IMG/VR virus record: IMGVR_UViG_3300008113_000059
Span: 1-64,000 of that record
Direction: 5' to 3' (one strand)
DNA length: 64,000 bases
Source: a virus
Part shown: positions 1 to 10,757 of the stretch, in pieces
Position numbering within the stretch: the stretch's first letter is position 1
Layout of the letters: each line of letters begins with the position of its first letter
Translations under genes and position numbers: made by a program
The notes under the pieces: generated by a model
Told to the model about the DNA's origin: nothing
Databases searched by the model: none
Seen by the model: the letters and a program-made list of their open reading frames with translations, nothing else

Positions 1-3000
1 ACTGGAACAAGTGGAACTTCAGGATCTAGTGGTTCATCAGGTTCATCAGGTTCATCAGGATCTACTGGAACAAGTGGCTCTTCAGGATCTAGTGGTTCAT
101 CAGGTTCATCAGGAACATCGGGCTCAAGTGGTTCTTCGGGAACTAGCGGAAGTTCAGGTACATCAGGAGCTTCGGCTGCGGTTGGTTGTTGGAATTGGGG
201 TTCTAATCCACCAGCTTCAGGAGAATTTAGAGGGAATGGTTCATTTTTAGGTCCAAGTACAAATACTCTATATGTTAGTGACATTACAAATGCTTCTGTT
301 GATTTAGATACATATTTGAATACTATTACTGTAGGTTCAGTTATTAAGATAAGGCTTGGGGCAGACACGTTTTTATTTCAAGTAACTTCTAATACGGACT
401 CTGGTACTTACCATACATTTGGAGTGACATATTTATCAGGTGCTGGTATTGGTCCTGCCCCTGGAGCATCTGGATGTTTTGATTTCTATGTAGCTGGTAC
501 TTCAGGAGCATCGGGTTCAAGTGGTTCATCAGGTTCATCAGGTTCTAGTGGAACTTCAGGCTCTTCAGGCTCTTCAGGATCTAGTGGTTCATCAGGATCT
601 ACTGGAACAAGTGGCTCTTCAGGATCTAGTGGTTCATCAGGTTCATCAGGATCTACTGGAACAAGTGGCTCTTCAGGATCTACTGGAACAAGTGGCGTCT
701 GGTTCAAGCGGTAGCTCAGGATCTGCCGGAACAAGCGGGCTTTCCATTACACCTGCTGGAAGATGGAGATGGGAAGTTTCCGCCACTCCTACATCGGGAA
801 GGTTTTATTTTAATAGTGGAAGCATCGGTGGTAATACAGACACGTTATACATTTCAGAAACAACTCTGAGTGGAATTGATTTCCAAGCAATATTAACTCC
901 TAGCATAATTAATAGCACTGTTTTAATAACAGATGCTAGTACGGGATCTCAATATTGGTTTTATACAATTACATCATTAGCTGATAGCGGTACTTATGCT
1001 ACAATAGGACTCACCCTACAAACATCCAATGCTTCCGTGGTTCCCCCTCCTAGTACCAATTATAATTTCTGTTTCTTAGTTGGTGCAAGGGGTGCTGCTG
1101 GTACAAACGGTTCTTCAGGAACAAGTGGAACTTCCGGTTCGAGTGGCTCTTCAGGAACATCAGGATCAAGCGGTTCTTCAGGAACATCAGGATCTACTGG
1201 AACTTCAGGATCTAGTGGTTCATCGGGATCTGCTGGAACAAGTGGAACATCAGGATCTAGCGGTTCATCAGGTTCATCAGGATCTAGCGGTTCATCAGGA
1301 ACCAGAGGTTCATCGGGAACTTCAGGATCTTCAGGATCTAGTGGTTCATCAGGTTCATCAGGATCTGCTGGAACAAGTGGATCTGGATCTGCTGGAACAA
1401 GTGGAACCTCTGTAGCTGTATCGGGTACTACTAACACTGTTGCTAAGTTTACAAGTTCTACAACTATTGGTAACTCAAACATTACTGATACAGGCACTTT
1501 AATTACATTAGGTTCCAATACTACTGTTAATGGTGCATTAGGTGTTGGTACGGGTGCAGCATTATCAGGTTACAATATAAATGCACTTAGAAATTTAACG
1601 GGTAGTTCAATCGTTGCGGGTATACAATCTGCGGGAGATCTTCAATCTGATGTTTTGCTTGAAGCTATGTATTTTAATACAATAGCATCAACACAAGCTG
1701 CTACATTTAATGTTCCAACTATTTCTCATTTTAGAGCTACACAAGGAACATTTGGCGCTAGTTCTACAGTTACAACACAAATAGGATTCCATGCAACTTC
1801 CACTTTAACGGGAGCAACTAATGATTATGGATTCTATGGAAACTTAGCTTCTGGTTCAAATATTTGGAACCTGTATATGAACGGTACTGCTAATAATTAT
1901 TTAGCAGGTTCTTTAGGTATAGGTACAGGTTCACTAACTGATAGAGTTTTAGCTATAGGTAAAACTATTACGGGTGGAACTACAGCTTATGGTGTAATAG
2001 CTGACAGTAATATTGGAAGCGGGGTAACAACAAATGCTATTTATTTTGCAACAAATTCAATATCTACATCAGGTGTTGCACAAACCTCTATAACACATTA
2101 TCTTGCTCAACAACAAACATATTCAGGAACTGTTACAAATCAATATGGATATTTTGTTGATTCAACATTAACAGGAGCAACTAATGATTATGGATTCTAT
2201 GGAAACTTAGCTTCTGCTGCAAATATTTGGAACCTGTATATGGCTGGATCAGCTTCCAATTATTTAAACGGTGTTTTAACTATAGGTACAGCATCACCGA
2301 GTGCTTCAGCTAAAGTACAAATAGATAGTACAACAAGTGGTTTCTTACCACCAAGGATGACTCAGTCCCAAAAGAATGCTATTGCATCTCCTGCAACAGG
2401 ATTAATTATTCATCAAACAGATGGTAGTGCGGGACCTTATTATTATAATGGATCAGTCTGGGTTCAGAATGGATCAGGATCTTCCGGAACAAGTGGATCA
2501 GGATCTTCAGGATCTAGTGGTTCATCAGGATCTTCAGGATCTAGTGGTTCATCAGGAACTAGTGGTTCATCAGGAACTTCAGGATCTACTGGAACAAGTG
2601 GATCTAGCGGTTCATCAGGATCTTCAGGATCTAGTGGTTCATCAGGAACTAGAGGTTCATCAGGAACTTCAGGATCTACTGGAACAAGTGGATCTAGCGG
2701 TTCATCAGGAACAAGCGGTTCATCAGGAACAAGCGGTTCATCAGGACCTAATGGTACCAATGGATCTTCCGGATCTTCCGGATTAAGTGGACTCGACGGA
2801 ACGGGAGGGTCTTCGGGAACTTCAGGATCAGGAACTGCCGGAGCTGATGGATCAAATTCTGGAAGATGGAGATGGCTCAATACATCATCCCCATCAGATC
2901 CGGGAGCTACTCGGTTCAGTTCAAACAGCTCTAATATATCGACTACAACATCGATAAGTATACATAATCAAAGTATTGCTACCAGTTACACTTCTTGGAT

Positions 3001-3957
3001 AAGCGCTTTAAATTCTGCTGCAGCTTTAGGAACATCCCTTTATTTGCAGGTATATCAAATTGGTAATACATCCATCTTAGGAACATGGACAGTAGCAAGT
3101 GCAACTACTTCGGGTGGTTATGGAATAGATCTGACTCTTAATGCAGCTTTAGTTGCTAACGGATCTTGGAGTGCATCTGATTATGCTATTTCCTGGGTGT
3201 TTAACGGAAGAATTGGATCTTCGGGAACTTCAGGAGCTTCAGGAGCTTCAGGATCAAATGGTACATCAGGATCTTCAGGATTGAGCGGAGCTAATGGTAC
3301 TTCAGGATCTTCTGGAACTTCAGGATCAAATGGTTCATCAGGAACTACGGGATCAAGTGGTTCATCCGGAACTAATGGATCAAGTGGTTCATCAGGAACT
3401 AGAGGTTCATCCGGAACTTCGGGATCAAATGGTTCATCAGGATCAAGTGGTTCATCAGGAACTAGAGGTTCATCAGGAACAAGTGGTTCATCAGGAACTA
3501 GAGGTTCATCCGGAACTTCGGGATCCTCTGGATCTTCTGGAACTGGTGGAGCTGCGGGAGCTGCGGGGGGTGTAAGATATAACTTCTCAACATCAACAGT
3601 AGATGCCGATCCAGGAGCAGGAGTGGTTGCGTATAATAATGCAACAATCGCTTCTGTTACTCAACTTTTCTTTGATATTTTTGACCAGCTTGGAGGTTCA
3701 AGAACAGCATGGTTTGACACTTGGGATGATAGCACAACTCCAGGAAATAAGGGAACCGTTACTCTTTACAGTAGAGATACTGGAACAGTAGTTAATGTAT
3801 TCACAGTTACAGGTACAGTTACGGTTGCCGCGGGTTATTATAAAATACCTGTTTCATTTGTAAGTGGTACTCTCGGAACAAACGGCGCACAACTTTCTGT
3901 TCAATTCAACAGATCGGGTGATATAGGTAGTTCAGGTTCTTCGGGAACTTCAGGATT
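1..3957 (+). repeat. Blocks of degenerate 9-bp repeats (ggttcatca, ggatctagt, ggaacaagt) encoding (Gly-X-Y)n with X/Y = Ser/Thr
   Basis: Blocks at about 1-170, 495-740, 1095-1410, 2470-2850, 3215-3570 and 3925-3957, separated by globular modules. Confidence 0.95.
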
Positions 3958-4504
3958 CGCTGTCAGCGCTAGCACTACTAATTCCACATTCTATCCGGTT
4001 TTCGTTTTAGGAACTGGTGTACAAACACCTTTTATTAGAACAACTGCTAATGCTTTTCAATTTAATGCTAGTACAGGTGTTTTAACAACCGATACATTAC
4101 AGAGTGATAACGATACTTACGTAAAGAGATCGCTGGGTGTTGGTATAACCCCATCAGCTACAATGGGAAGAATAGATGCATCAGGAGATATTATTGCATT
4201 CTCAACATCTGATATTAGATTGAAGCAGGATGTTAGCCCGATAGAGAACAGTTTAGAAAAACTTTCAACCATCTCTGGAGTTAATTATAAATGGAACCCT
4301 GAATTTAATAGCATCCATGGATATAAAGATAAACAAGACGTTGGAGTTATTGCACAGGAGATATTGGGTATTTTACCTGAAGCGGTTAGACTAAATGAAA
4401 CTGGATATTACTCCGTTAGATATGAAAGAATAATTCCACTGCTGATCGAAGCAATTAAGGAGCAGCAGAAACAAATAGATGAATTAAAATCCAAATTAAA
4501 ATAA
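1..4504 (+). CDS. Long tail/capsid fibre with Gly-Ser-Ser/Gly-Thr-Ser repeat linkers and C-terminal S74 intramolecular chaperone (5'-partial; 1-nt frame break near 697)
   Basis: Frame 1 is open from base 1 to 714 (TGTSGTSGSSGSS...) and the same repeat reading continues in frame 2 from 698 to 4504. The C-terminus SDIRLKQDVSPIENSLEKL...VGVIAQEI...YSVRYERIIPLLIEAIKEQ is typical of Peptidase_S74. Confidence 0.85.
1811..2242 (+). repeat. 69-bp direct repeat inside the fibre gene (1811-1879 and 2174-2242, 2 mismatches)
   Basis: GGAGCAACTAATGATTATGGATTCTATGGAAACTTAGCTTCTG-nnnn-AAATATTTGGAACCTGTATATG occurs twice, 363 nt apart. Confidence 0.9.
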
Positions 4505-4505
4505 A

Positions 4506-5036
4506 ATGGGATTTGTAGTAAACAAGGAAATAACAGCAGATAACGGGGGTAATCTTTCCAGTTTTTATGTGAGAATAGAAAATTATGTTGTTAATAAAAT
4601 CACTGGATTTATGGCTGTTAGTATAGGACATTATTTAGATAAAGAAGCTGCAGCTCAACCATACATTGAGGATGGGATAGACTGTAGCGGTAGGATTGGT
4701 TTCACCCTTTCATACGATACTGTTATTAATTTACAATTACCAACCGTAAGAAGATATCCGCTTACTGAAACAGTGACTGTTCCAATACAGATTAAAATTT
4801 CTGACTGGTCTCATGAGTTGATAGAATATATTGATTTCGACGAGAATGGTAACGAGGTTATAAAAGAAAGACGGGAGTGGACTCAAATCGTTAGCTACGA
4901 AATGGAGGATCAGGAGAGAACAAGAATAAATATAGATCTTGTGAATGGTGATTTATACCAATATGCTTATAATAAATTAATAGAGGAATATAAGAATATA
5001 TTCGGAAGTGCAAACATTATAAACGAAACCATCTAG
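4506..5036 (+). CDS. Hypothetical protein, possibly fibre-associated
   Basis: 176-aa ORF starting 1 nt after the fibre stop; no recognised motif. Confidence 0.7.
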   Translation: MGFVVNKEITADNGGNLSSFYVRIENYVVNKITGFMAVSIGHYLDKEAAAQPYIEDGIDCSGRIGFTLSYDTVINLQLPTVRRYPLTETVTVPIQIKISDWSHELIEYIDFDENGNEVIKERREWTQIVSYEMEDQERTRINIDLVNGDLYQYAYNKLIEEYKNIFGSANIINETI

Positions 5037-5038
5037 AA

Positions 5039-5503
5039 ATGCCAGTATTATTAATTGGACCCTCGGATTTTAATATCGCTACAGAATTTACACAGTTAAT
5101 AGGAGTTAGCTCAACTAATGCTTCTTTTAAGAATATACTTGAGGATACCGATCCCCAGATTGGGGGTCTTAGTAATTTTTCGATGAATTATTATAATGGT
5201 GTTAATACTTATTTATTTAATTTAGCAATACAATCTTCTAACGGAACACGAGGTTATGTCGAGGTTATTTATCCCTGGTACGAAGCCTCGACGGGAACCA
5301 CAATTATCGGTAATAATAAACAGGCATTTGAAGCTTATAGTGGCAGTATAGATATAAGAGCAACAGGAATTTACCCGTATAGTTTTTCGTATTGGTATGA
5401 ATCCAGCTCCGCTACTTTTTACTATACCTCAACTTTAGCTTTTGCCTATAGTGATCCCGTAGTTCAGGATCCTTTTGCTTTATTTACTGCTTATTTTGCA
5501 TAA
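5039..5503 (+). CDS. Hypothetical protein, possibly virion-associated
   Basis: 154-aa ORF tightly coupled to the upstream gene; rich in aromatic, Ser and Thr residues. Confidence 0.65.
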   Translation: MPVLLIGPSDFNIATEFTQLIGVSSTNASFKNILEDTDPQIGGLSNFSMNYYNGVNTYLFNLAIQSSNGTRGYVEVIYPWYEASTGTTIIGNNKQAFEAYSGSIDIRATGIYPYSFSYWYESSSATFYYTSTLAFAYSDPVVQDPFALFTAYFA

Positions 5504-5541
5504 AATTATAAACTAAATTAATAACACTTAAATTCCTAGAT

Positions 5542-6429
5542 ATGGAAACCCTATGGGTATTAGAGAATGTAAAAAAGGATCTTTGTTTTTATAATAGATT
5601 ACAGATTTGGTTGCTTGCAGCTTCTGTGTCTTTATGGAGAAAATATCATGTGAGTCATAAGACTGTTTTTTATTGCGATAATCTCACCTTTGATTACCTT
5701 GAAAATTTCGGTATTTTTCATTTGTGGCATGAGATTAGATCGCTTTCATATCCGGAGAAAATTAACAGGGAGATATTTTGGTCATCTCCAAAAACTAAAA
5801 TTATATCCGAAACTAAAATCCCCATACTTCTGGTTGATCATGATTTTTTAATCTTCCGTAATATCGATGAGATTCTTACAGATAAGCTCATATACAGCTA
5901 TGAAGAGAGATCAGATAATTGGTATCCTTCTGCGAATGACATTTATAATAGCAGATTAACAACCCCAATTACCAGAATCAATGATTTAGCAGCTAATGTG
6001 AGCTTTTTTTATTTACCTGATCCCGCATTTGCCAATAAATACGGTAGGCGGGTTCTTAAAAATCATGAGGAGTTTACATCCATGGATTCACCATATATCA
6101 CGACGAATCATATGATATTATCGGAGCAGTTAATGTTAAAGCAATGGTTGTGTTTGGAGAGCATACCACATCAATGCCTATCTAAAAACCTTTGGGATTG
6201 TAAAAAATCCGATTTTTATAATGATCTAACAGAATGCGGAATTTGGAATCTTAAAGAAACCCGGAGATCTTATAAACATTATGGAGTTGAGGAGGGAAGA
6301 ATTAGAGAACACCAGCCAGGCTACAATTATCAGGAAACAATTGATTTTTTAAAAAGATGTGTTACTGCGGGCGGGCTTATAGATGTTAAAGAATTGGAGA
6401 ATAGGATTAATACTGCATTAAACAAATGA
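5542..6429 (+). CDS. Putative nucleotide-diphospho-sugar transferase (GT-A fold, DUF6734-like)
   Basis: VFYCD, FWSSPKTK and a hydrophobic strand ending in DxD (ILLVDHD), late EQ motif and C-terminal His; paralogue of the next ORF. Confidence 0.6.
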   Translation: METLWVLENVKKDLCFYNRLQIWLLAASVSLWRKYHVSHKTVFYCDNLTFDYLENFGIFHLWHEIRSLSYPEKINREIFWSSPKTKIISETKIPILLVDHDFLIFRNIDEILTDKLIYSYEERSDNWYPSANDIYNSRLTTPITRINDLAANVSFFYLPDPAFANKYGRRVLKNHEEFTSMDSPYITTNHMILSEQLMLKQWLCLESIPHQCLSKNLWDCKKSDFYNDLTECGIWNLKETRRSYKHYGVEEGRIREHQPGYNYQETIDFLKRCVTAGGLIDVKELENRINTALNK

Positions 6430-7415
6430 GAGCAATACACGTAAATTGGACCAAGCCATTTTTTCATAGGGATCGTTTAAGGGGACATGGATTTAACACA
6501 ACCAGAGAATTAAAATCTGAAACCTATGATCAACCTGACTATCAGATACTATACACCATGCTTTCAGCTATCCACTGGAAACGATTGAACGGACCTATTA
6601 AACTTTACACGGATTCTATTGGACTAGCATTTTATCAGCAATTCAGGATACCTGAACTTTATGATGATATTAATATTAATTTTTTAAACGGGTATTCAAG
6701 AACAGATGTCGATCCTGCACATTTTTGGACTAGCGGAAAAATAAAATGTTTAGCCAACCAGACATCACCATTTGTTTTTCTTGATCAGGATATGATAATT
6801 AGAAGTAAGCTTCCTGATGATATATTAAAATCGGATTTAACGGTTACTCACTGGGAAATACCTAGAGGATATTATTATTTTAGTGAGGATGATTGGAAAA
6901 AGGATATTTCACATATAGATTTTCCTCAAGGTTATCAGTGTTTTGATTGGTCTCCGAACACATCATTTCTAGTTTTTAATAATCTAAAGATATTAAGAGA
7001 GTATCACGATTGGCATAGAAAGTTGGTTGATACTAATGGCTCGGATACTCCCGAATGGTTTTGGCTTTTAACTGACCAAGGAATACTTGGACATATCATT
7101 AGACAGGGAGATTATAACACCAATACTTTAACAGATAAGATATATTTGGCCGATAGTAATTATGGTAGCGAATCTACCAGGTATAAGGGTCAGTCCGAAA
7201 ACTGGTATTATCCCATGAACCCTGACTATACCAAGGAGAATATAAGTTGGGAGCATGTCTGGATAGATAAAATTCATTATGGATGGCTTCCTGATTATAA
7301 AGAAAAACAAACGCAAAGATTTTTTGAAGAACTCATATTTTTGGGATATTCGGAATATCTAAGACATTCGAGATTTGTAAAATATTGGAATGAATACGGG
7401 AGTAAAAATAGTTAG
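6426..7415 (+). CDS. Putative nucleotide-diphospho-sugar transferase (GT-A fold, DUF6734-like)
   Basis: IKLYTD, FWTSGKIK, PFVFLDQD (DxD) and LTDQG motifs; ATGA overlap with the upstream gene. Confidence 0.65.
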   Translation: MRAIHVNWTKPFFHRDRLRGHGFNTTRELKSETYDQPDYQILYTMLSAIHWKRLNGPIKLYTDSIGLAFYQQFRIPELYDDININFLNGYSRTDVDPAHFWTSGKIKCLANQTSPFVFLDQDMIIRSKLPDDILKSDLTVTHWEIPRGYYYFSEDDWKKDISHIDFPQGYQCFDWSPNTSFLVFNNLKILREYHDWHRKLVDTNGSDTPEWFWLLTDQGILGHIIRQGDYNTNTLTDKIYLADSNYGSESTRYKGQSENWYYPMNPDYTKENISWEHVWIDKIHYGWLPDYKEKQTQRFFEELIFLGYSEYLRHSRFVKYWNEYGSKNS

Positions 7416-8157
7416 AGCATACTGGGGGGAAAGCGATAAACTCAAGAGAGAGATCCCACCGATTCCGATTTATCCAAATCAGATAGTTTTTGTTTGGGGT
7501 TCTGCAAACGAGTCTTTCTTAAGATCTAGAGGATTCGATACTTTTTTGATGTCTGATGATATTCCGGAGTTTTATCGTTCGTATAATGGACAATTCTATC
7601 GTAAATTATTAGCACTGGATATGGCATTGAGTATGTTTGATGAGGTGATTCTTCTGGATTGGGATTGCTATATATTAAGAGAATTTGATAACGATTTCTA
7701 CGAATTTCTTAGTGAAAAACCAATTCAATGTCCATTGTACGGTCAATATGAAAAAATAGAGGAGTCATGGAGGGAAGTATTACAGCCAGAGAATCCTAAT
7801 AAGGAGGGATGGTATTTAATATGCAACGATACCTTTCCCAAATACACATGGAAACTTGGAACAACATTAGTAAGTCCAAATTTCTGTTTTGTTTATAGCA
7901 GAGACCGGTCCTTGGGTAAGAATCTGATTGACATAGCAAATAAGCATAAATTATCCGGATGCATAGAGGAGCACGCAATGTATTTGTATGCTAATTGTTC
8001 TCTTGATGATTATATAGGGAGATATCATCCTAAATTTTTATACGGGGTTTCCGAGGATGAATCGGGGAGTGACTTTTTAGTAAATAAGTCACAGAAAATA
8101 GTAAATGAATATCTGGAGAATTCTATTAAAATGACACATTATCTTAAACACATATAA
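7390..8157 (+). CDS. Putative DxD glycosyltransferase-like protein
   Basis: RKLLAL...EVILLDWD (DxD), PNFCFVYSR and GCIEEHA motifs; clear paralogue of 8157..8921. Confidence 0.55.
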   Translation: MNTGVKIVRAYWGESDKLKREIPPIPIYPNQIVFVWGSANESFLRSRGFDTFLMSDDIPEFYRSYNGQFYRKLLALDMALSMFDEVILLDWDCYILREFDNDFYEFLSEKPIQCPLYGQYEKIEESWREVLQPENPNKEGWYLICNDTFPKYTWKLGTTLVSPNFCFVYSRDRSLGKNLIDIANKHKLSGCIEEHAMYLYANCSLDDYIGRYHPKFLYGVSEDESGSDFLVNKSQKIVNEYLENSIKMTHYLKHI

Positions 8158-8921
8158 TGAAATCTGATATAAAAATAATTAGAGCATATTGGGGTGATTC
8201 GGAGAAGCTCAAAAATGAAATCCCTCCCCTGCCTATATATGATAATCAGATTGTATACGTGTGGGGTGAGAATAACGATAAATTTTTAAGATCTAGAGGA
8301 TTTAAAACAAGAATAGTAACCGATGATGATCCTTGTAAAATAGACCATAAAAATTCATTGATCAGAAAACTTATAGCTATAAAAATGGCATTGGATGAAT
8401 TCCATGAGATAATGTTCATAGATTGGGATTGCTACATATTGAGGGAGCTGGATGACTCATTTTATAAGTACATCTCAGATAAACCCACTCAAATACCTCT
8501 GTATGCACACCTTAGTAATCCTATCGATGGTATAGAAGAGTTTTACGTTAACTGTGAGCCCGAGCATGTTGAATTTAAGAATGAAGCGAATAGATATATT
8601 CTGAAATATAGCTGGAAATCTGATGATATGTGCATTCTACCCAACTTTGGATTTTTTTATAGCAGGGAAATCTCGATAGGAAGAGAGCTTCTCAGAATAG
8701 CTGTAGAGAATGACCTTAAAGGATGTGCTGATGAGGCAGCTATGTTCATATATGCTAATTGTGATCTGGAGGAGTATATAAAGAGATATCACCCAATTTT
8801 CGTTAACGGTGTTTCTGATATTATGACTTCGACAAATTTTAAAATATCAGAAATACAGAAAAGATTTAATAGTAGAATTAAAGATGTTTTAAATATGGAT
8901 CCATATCTGGAACACATGTAA
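8157..8921 (+). CDS. Putative DxD glycosyltransferase-like protein
   Basis: RKLIAI...EIMFIDWD, PNFGFFYSR and GCADEAA motifs; paralogue of 7390..8157. Confidence 0.55.
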   Translation: MKSDIKIIRAYWGDSEKLKNEIPPLPIYDNQIVYVWGENNDKFLRSRGFKTRIVTDDDPCKIDHKNSLIRKLIAIKMALDEFHEIMFIDWDCYILRELDDSFYKYISDKPTQIPLYAHLSNPIDGIEEFYVNCEPEHVEFKNEANRYILKYSWKSDDMCILPNFGFFYSREISIGRELLRIAVENDLKGCADEAAMFIYANCDLEEYIKRYHPIFVNGVSDIMTSTNFKISEIQKRFNSRIKDVLNMDPYLEHM

Positions 8922-8935
8922 GTATAAGTAAATTT

Positions 8936-9967
8936 ATGAAAGCATATTGCAGTTTACCTTTTGATAGAATAAAAATAGATTCCGACGGATCATTCCAATC
9001 TTGTTGTCATCAAACAACCTACTATGGCAACATTTTAACTGATGGTATAACGATAGATGAGGCTTTCAAGGGGAAAACATTGGTTTCAGTAAAGAACTCC
9101 GTAATGAGCTCTAAAATGCATCCTGGCTGCAACAACACTAAATGTCCGTTACACTTCACATCATTAGAAAGAAATGTTGATGTTACCCTGTCGAAATATC
9201 CTAAACAAATTGAACTTTCACTGCCATCTTCGTGGTGTAACATAGGTGGTTTGAACCCAACCCCTGACACTGCATGTATAATGTGTCCCAGATCTAGCGA
9301 AAGCTACATCACAAATTTTATTAATCTACCCGATAATACTAATTTGTTACTGGATATAATAAAACCCGCTATACCGTATCTGGAAACATTTACACTCTTA
9401 GGAATAGCTGAACCTTTTTATAAGGGAAGATTGTTTGATGTTTTTGATAGAATAGAATTTAAAAAATACAAGGACACAATATTATTTTGGACTTTTTGTA
9501 ATGGATCTTTATTTGGCGAAAAATACCAGGACATGTTTATAGATGAATACACCAATAAATCATGTATAGGATTTTCTATTGATGCTGCAACACCAGAAAC
9601 ATACATAAAGATAAGAAGACTCGATTATTATGCAACTATACAAAAGAATCTTGAGAGATATTTTAATAAAGTAAATAATATGAGCTATAAACGCGATTGG
9701 TCGTTTACAGCATATAATATTAACATGTTGAATCTCCATGAAATGGAGGATATGCTTAGATTTGGAAACAGTATAGGTGCAAATAAAGTACAATACACTC
9801 TAACATACATAAGCGATCCTGGAATGAAAATAAATAGGAATTTATTATGTAATTCCAAAAATTGGAATCTATTTTGGGAAAAACAACAGAGGATAGAGCA
9901 ATTAGCTTCTGAGTTAAATCAAAAGGTTGAATTTTATGTGCCATTCCACGGTGGGTTTTTAAAATAG
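8936..9967 (+). CDS. Radical SAM protein with N-terminal SPASM/twitch-like Cys cluster
   Basis: N-terminal YCSLPF...DGSFQSCC...GCNNTKC; CX12CX2C motif (CNIGGLNPTPDTACIMC); GIAEPF, FCNGSL and FSIDAATPETYIKIR core motifs. Confidence 0.8.
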   Translation: MKAYCSLPFDRIKIDSDGSFQSCCHQTTYYGNILTDGITIDEAFKGKTLVSVKNSVMSSKMHPGCNNTKCPLHFTSLERNVDVTLSKYPKQIELSLPSSWCNIGGLNPTPDTACIMCPRSSESYITNFINLPDNTNLLLDIIKPAIPYLETFTLLGIAEPFYKGRLFDVFDRIEFKKYKDTILFWTFCNGSLFGEKYQDMFIDEYTNKSCIGFSIDAATPETYIKIRRLDYYATIQKNLERYFNKVNNMSYKRDWSFTAYNINMLNLHEMEDMLRFGNSIGANKVQYTLTYISDPGMKINRNLLCNSKNWNLFWEKQQRIEQLASELNQKVEFYVPFHGGFLK

Positions 9968-9980
9968 TAAATGCAATATC

Positions 9981-10688
9981 ATGAACTTTAAACAGCCATT
10001 AATTCCAACCCCTGACGAATATGTTTTCCAACTTGCACCTATTCCTGTGTATCAAAGGATATTTGATGATGCCTTAACTGATAAAGTGTATAAATTAGGT
10101 CTGGAAGCATTAAACGATACACAAAAAAGAATGGGACAGGAATTACCGTTACAATATGATTCGGAACGGCAATCTACCTATGAGGTAAATTATACTAGGG
10201 AGGATCAATGGGTCGAGGACCATGAATTTCCTCCGATAGGAAGCCGTTTTTGGACTCCTCCTAATGATTTTCTTAATTATGATAATGAGCTGGTAAAAAT
10301 TATAAAAAGAAGAATAGAGGGAGGATTTTTACAATTATTAAAATCTATACAAATAGAGACTAAAAGCAAACCCGTCATAACGGAAAGTTGGCTACAGTAC
10401 TATGACCCATTTTCGGGTAGGGGTCACAATGCTCATAACCATTGTCGCTGGCATCACGGCGAAACGAAACAAATAATGTTTTCCGGAGGTTATTATTTAT
10501 CCGACGGAGATCCCATAGCGGATCATCCTTACAGCGGGGTATTTTCTTTTCATGTCCGCGGGATGAAGTATTACATTAGACCTAAAAAGGGAATGCTTTT
10601 AATATGGCCATATGATATAATTCATTCGGTGGAGCCTTTTTATGGTAGTAAAGAAAGAGCAGTTATAAACTTCAATATACAGATATAG
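9981..10688 (+). CDS. Putative 2OG-Fe(II) oxygenase (TIGR02466-like)
   Basis: ESWLQYY...GHNAHNH...FSGGYY...PKKGMLLIWP...HSV...RAVINFN. Confidence 0.8.
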   Translation: MNFKQPLIPTPDEYVFQLAPIPVYQRIFDDALTDKVYKLGLEALNDTQKRMGQELPLQYDSERQSTYEVNYTREDQWVEDHEFPPIGSRFWTPPNDFLNYDNELVKIIKRRIEGGFLQLLKSIQIETKSKPVITESWLQYYDPFSGRGHNAHNHCRWHHGETKQIMFSGGYYLSDGDPIADHPYSGVFSFHVRGMKYYIRPKKGMLLIWPYDIIHSVEPFYGSKERAVINFNIQI

Positions 10689-10713
10689 GTACCCTAAAAT
10701 TAATTAATTTTTT

Positions 10714-10740
10714 GAAACTATTATAAACAAAACAGCTAAA
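10714..10740 (+). promoter_or_regulatory. Putative middle promoter GAAAC-N17-CTAAA
   Basis: Same motif and spacing recur upstream of five other genes. Confidence 0.65.
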
Positions 10741-10757
10741 AATAGTAAATTTTAAAC

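Noticed and set aside
1811-2242. 69-bp repeat pair as a DGR template/variable region
   Set aside because: The two mismatches are not at adenines, both copies are mid-gene, and no reverse transcriptase is in the window.
11-3791. Alternative-frame ORFs (QDLVVHQ..., PDEPL...) over the fibre, including residues 1-59 of the listed 521..4504 ORF
   Set aside because: They are shadow translations of the stop-poor GSS repeats.
1-3957. Repeat blocks as a CRISPR array
   Set aside because: They are degenerate 9-bp coding repeats with no constant repeat and unique spacer structure; no cas genes are present.
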